Of a DNA stretch of 64,000 bases, positions 61,886 to 64,000 are shown in pieces. The notes beneath the pieces are model-generated. The model was given only the letters and a program-made list of their open reading frames with translations. It searched no databases and was not told the DNA's origin. Location of the stretch: the NCBI RefSeq assembly GCF_001194135.2, contig NC_068997.1, positions 47,755,516 through 47,819,515 of the forward strand. Direction: 5' to 3'. How positions within the stretch are numbered: the first letter of the stretch is position 1; each line of letters begins with the position of its first letter. Made by a program: the position numbers and the translations under genes. Source of the DNA: Octopus bimaculoides (lineage: Eukaryota).

Positions 61886-62112
61886 ACTTTCTCTATTCTT
61901 GAGAGTTATACTAATACATCCATTTGTTCTTTACACCACCTGTCTTCGTCTGTTTTTTTCGTAAATTCTCCCCTATATATATGTATATATTTGCTCAAAG
62001 CAATAGAACACTTAATATAAGCTCAATAAAATATTCCTTTTGTATATTCTTTATAAAATTTATATATCTATATATCTATATATATATATATATACATACA
62101 CATACATACATA

Positions 62113-62965
62113 CAGGGTGCAATAGGTAAATTGTCACCATTTTATATTTCTAATTTCAGGAATGCACATCGTTTTTAATGACTATACAGTATATTAGGGT
62201 CAGTTGGGCACCATTTGTAAGAAAAACAGTATCATGATGCAATTCACTGCCAGAAATTTGGAAACGACATGCTTCCAGCATTCATGCCCTCACCAAGTCA
62301 ATCAGGTTCATTTCTAGAGACATGAGTGTATGTTTATCAGGCAGGTAGTGCATGAAGACATTCAGTATTCCTTGTACAAGATAAGAAAGGGCCAATTTTT
62401 ATCCCAAGCCATTAAAGACAAAAGGAAAAACCACACAATGGCACTTTTGAACAAGCTCAAGCATCCCTTCCAACAGAACATGCTTTGGTTTTTCTCAGAC
62501 AAGAAAAATTTGTCCGGATCAGACAGTGAGCACAGAACAACCATTGGTTCATGTCCCCAAAACATGTACAGAGTGCTAAAAATCAAACAACCAGTCAGTA
62601 TCATGGCGTTTGGAGTGATCACTAGTGATGGCAACATTAAACCGCCATCTTCCCACAGCCTCGGACTCAATACGGTGGCCTACATCAAGTGTCTGGAGGA
62701 GGTAGTGCTGCCCTGGGTGAAGAGGGTGCCTGTTGGAAAAGCCTAAATCTGGCAACAGGACTCTGGGCTCTCCTGCTTGTGTGGAATGGTACAGTCATGG
62801 CTGCCAGACAATTTCTGTGACCACATTGCACCTAACATCTGGCCACCTAACTCCCCAGACTACAGCTCCCTTGATTATTATGGGGGGGAGGGGGAGCAGT
62901 TGAATGAGAGGCCAACAAAACTAACACCAAAGATGAACTGAATGCAAGGATTATGGCAGCATTCG
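62113..62965 (+). mobile_element. Tc1/mariner (maT, DD37D-like) transposon, deleted and frameshifted
   Basis: TA-cagggtg start; WFFSDKKN..VMAFGVITSDG..YIKCLEEVVLPW..WQQDS..WPPNSPD..LDYY. Confidence 0.85.
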
Positions 62966-63129
62966 ACTTTGAAAAATAAGGACCAATGATGGCAGCTTTT
63001 CCAACAGCCTCCTTCAACTCTTCTGGATGGTCTCCTTGTGTAAGGACAAAAACAGAAATGCTGTTATTGTGAACTGAACATTACATGGAAATGATAAACA
63101 ACTGAATTATGACCAAAACGTATGCCTAT

Positions 63130-63450
63130 TCAATGTGTGGGGTTTCAGCAGGATGGGGCAACGGCCCACACAGCCAGAACATCAATGGACGTTCTTCACC
63201 TTTTTGGTGACGACCTCATTTCTAGGTTTGCTGACATTCCTTGGCCCCCTTGGTTCTGATTTGTCCATGTGTGATAGTTGTGCGGAAACAAGACGTGTAT
63301 GTGCATAAGCCCCATACATTGGACGGTTTGAAGGCAATTATTTGTGTGGAAGTCATCAAAATCGACAGAGCAATGCTGGCGAGAGTGGAGGCCAACTTTC
63401 AAGAATGCCTTCAGAAATGCATTAGGGAAAACACATGATAGATGTTTTCC
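63130..63450 (+). mobile_element. Second Tc1/mariner-superfamily transposase C-terminal fragment
   Basis: FQQDGATAHTARTSMDVL..LISRFADIPWPP..VYVHKPHTLDGLK..NFQECLQKCI. Confidence 0.8.
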
Positions 63451-64000
63451 ACATTTGATTTTGCTAATTCAATACGAACACATCGATGTCCATAAAATTT
63501 GTTTGCAGCTAAAATTAATGATCGTGAATTTTTCCAAAACTTCCATCCCTCTGCCCCACCATATTAAATATCTGTTAAAATGAGTTATTTTCATTTTTGC
63601 ATAATTTAGACAATTTATTCGTATCCCAATAATTGCTTCTATACCCACTCAACCTAATCCCTCTTAATGCCTTTCTTTAGCTTGTGGAACAATTCCTATA
63701 GAGATATCAGGGTCTACAATGCGTCTTCTATACAGAGAATATCTGGATCTCATCTGAACTATTGAATATACATATATTAGTGTGACTTTAGGGAAATTTT
63801 AAATACTCCATTAATAATATTCAGACTTGTCTCCATGACAAGAAGGAAAACTGATCATTGAAATAATTCTCACATGTCCAGGAAGTTGTGATCCAGTTAC
63901 ACTACGAAGGCCACAAATCTACTGTAAAATATTCATATAAAATATCTTAGATAATAAACAAGTAGTCATGTGAGAACACGAAATGATAAACATGAAAACG

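Noticed and set aside
62960-63036. Minus-strand segment reading GDHPEELKEAVGKAAIIG behind a plausible acceptor
   Set aside because: It could be an inverted piece of the maT 3' end or a Mind-bomb-like exon remnant. There is no donor and the similarity is too short to support either.

Overview
AT-rich, repeat-dense eukaryotic genomic DNA with six N-gaps. From the SINE and repeat families I infer an octopod cephalopod (Octopus-like); this is not confirmed. The only intact host gene is the 5' part of an unconventional myosin on the minus strand: nine GT-AG coding exons (28130 to 4430) splice in frame to 322 aa of motor domain with an intact P-loop (GESGSGKT) and switch I (NDNSSRFGK). It most resembles class XXII MyTH4-FERM myosins and appears to continue beyond base 1. 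The rest is a transposon graveyard: RTE, CR1/L2 and Tx1-type LINE fragments, Gypsy/Ginger fragments, pogo, mariner, maT and hAT remnants, several tRNA-derived SINE families, microsatellites, and one frameshifted ankyrin exon. The most striking unannotated signal is a set of 12 hammerhead-ribozyme (HHR) or HHR-like motifs from several unrelated sequence families, linked to Penelope-like element (PLE) remnants. Two of them sit in the loops of long foldback hairpins. One of those is a ~275-bp element with fixed ends and 10-12-bp target-site duplications, present twice. All structures were read by eye; no folding or database search was run. Exon and HHR coordinates were counted base by base, whereas repeat boundaries are approximate (about +/-20 bp).
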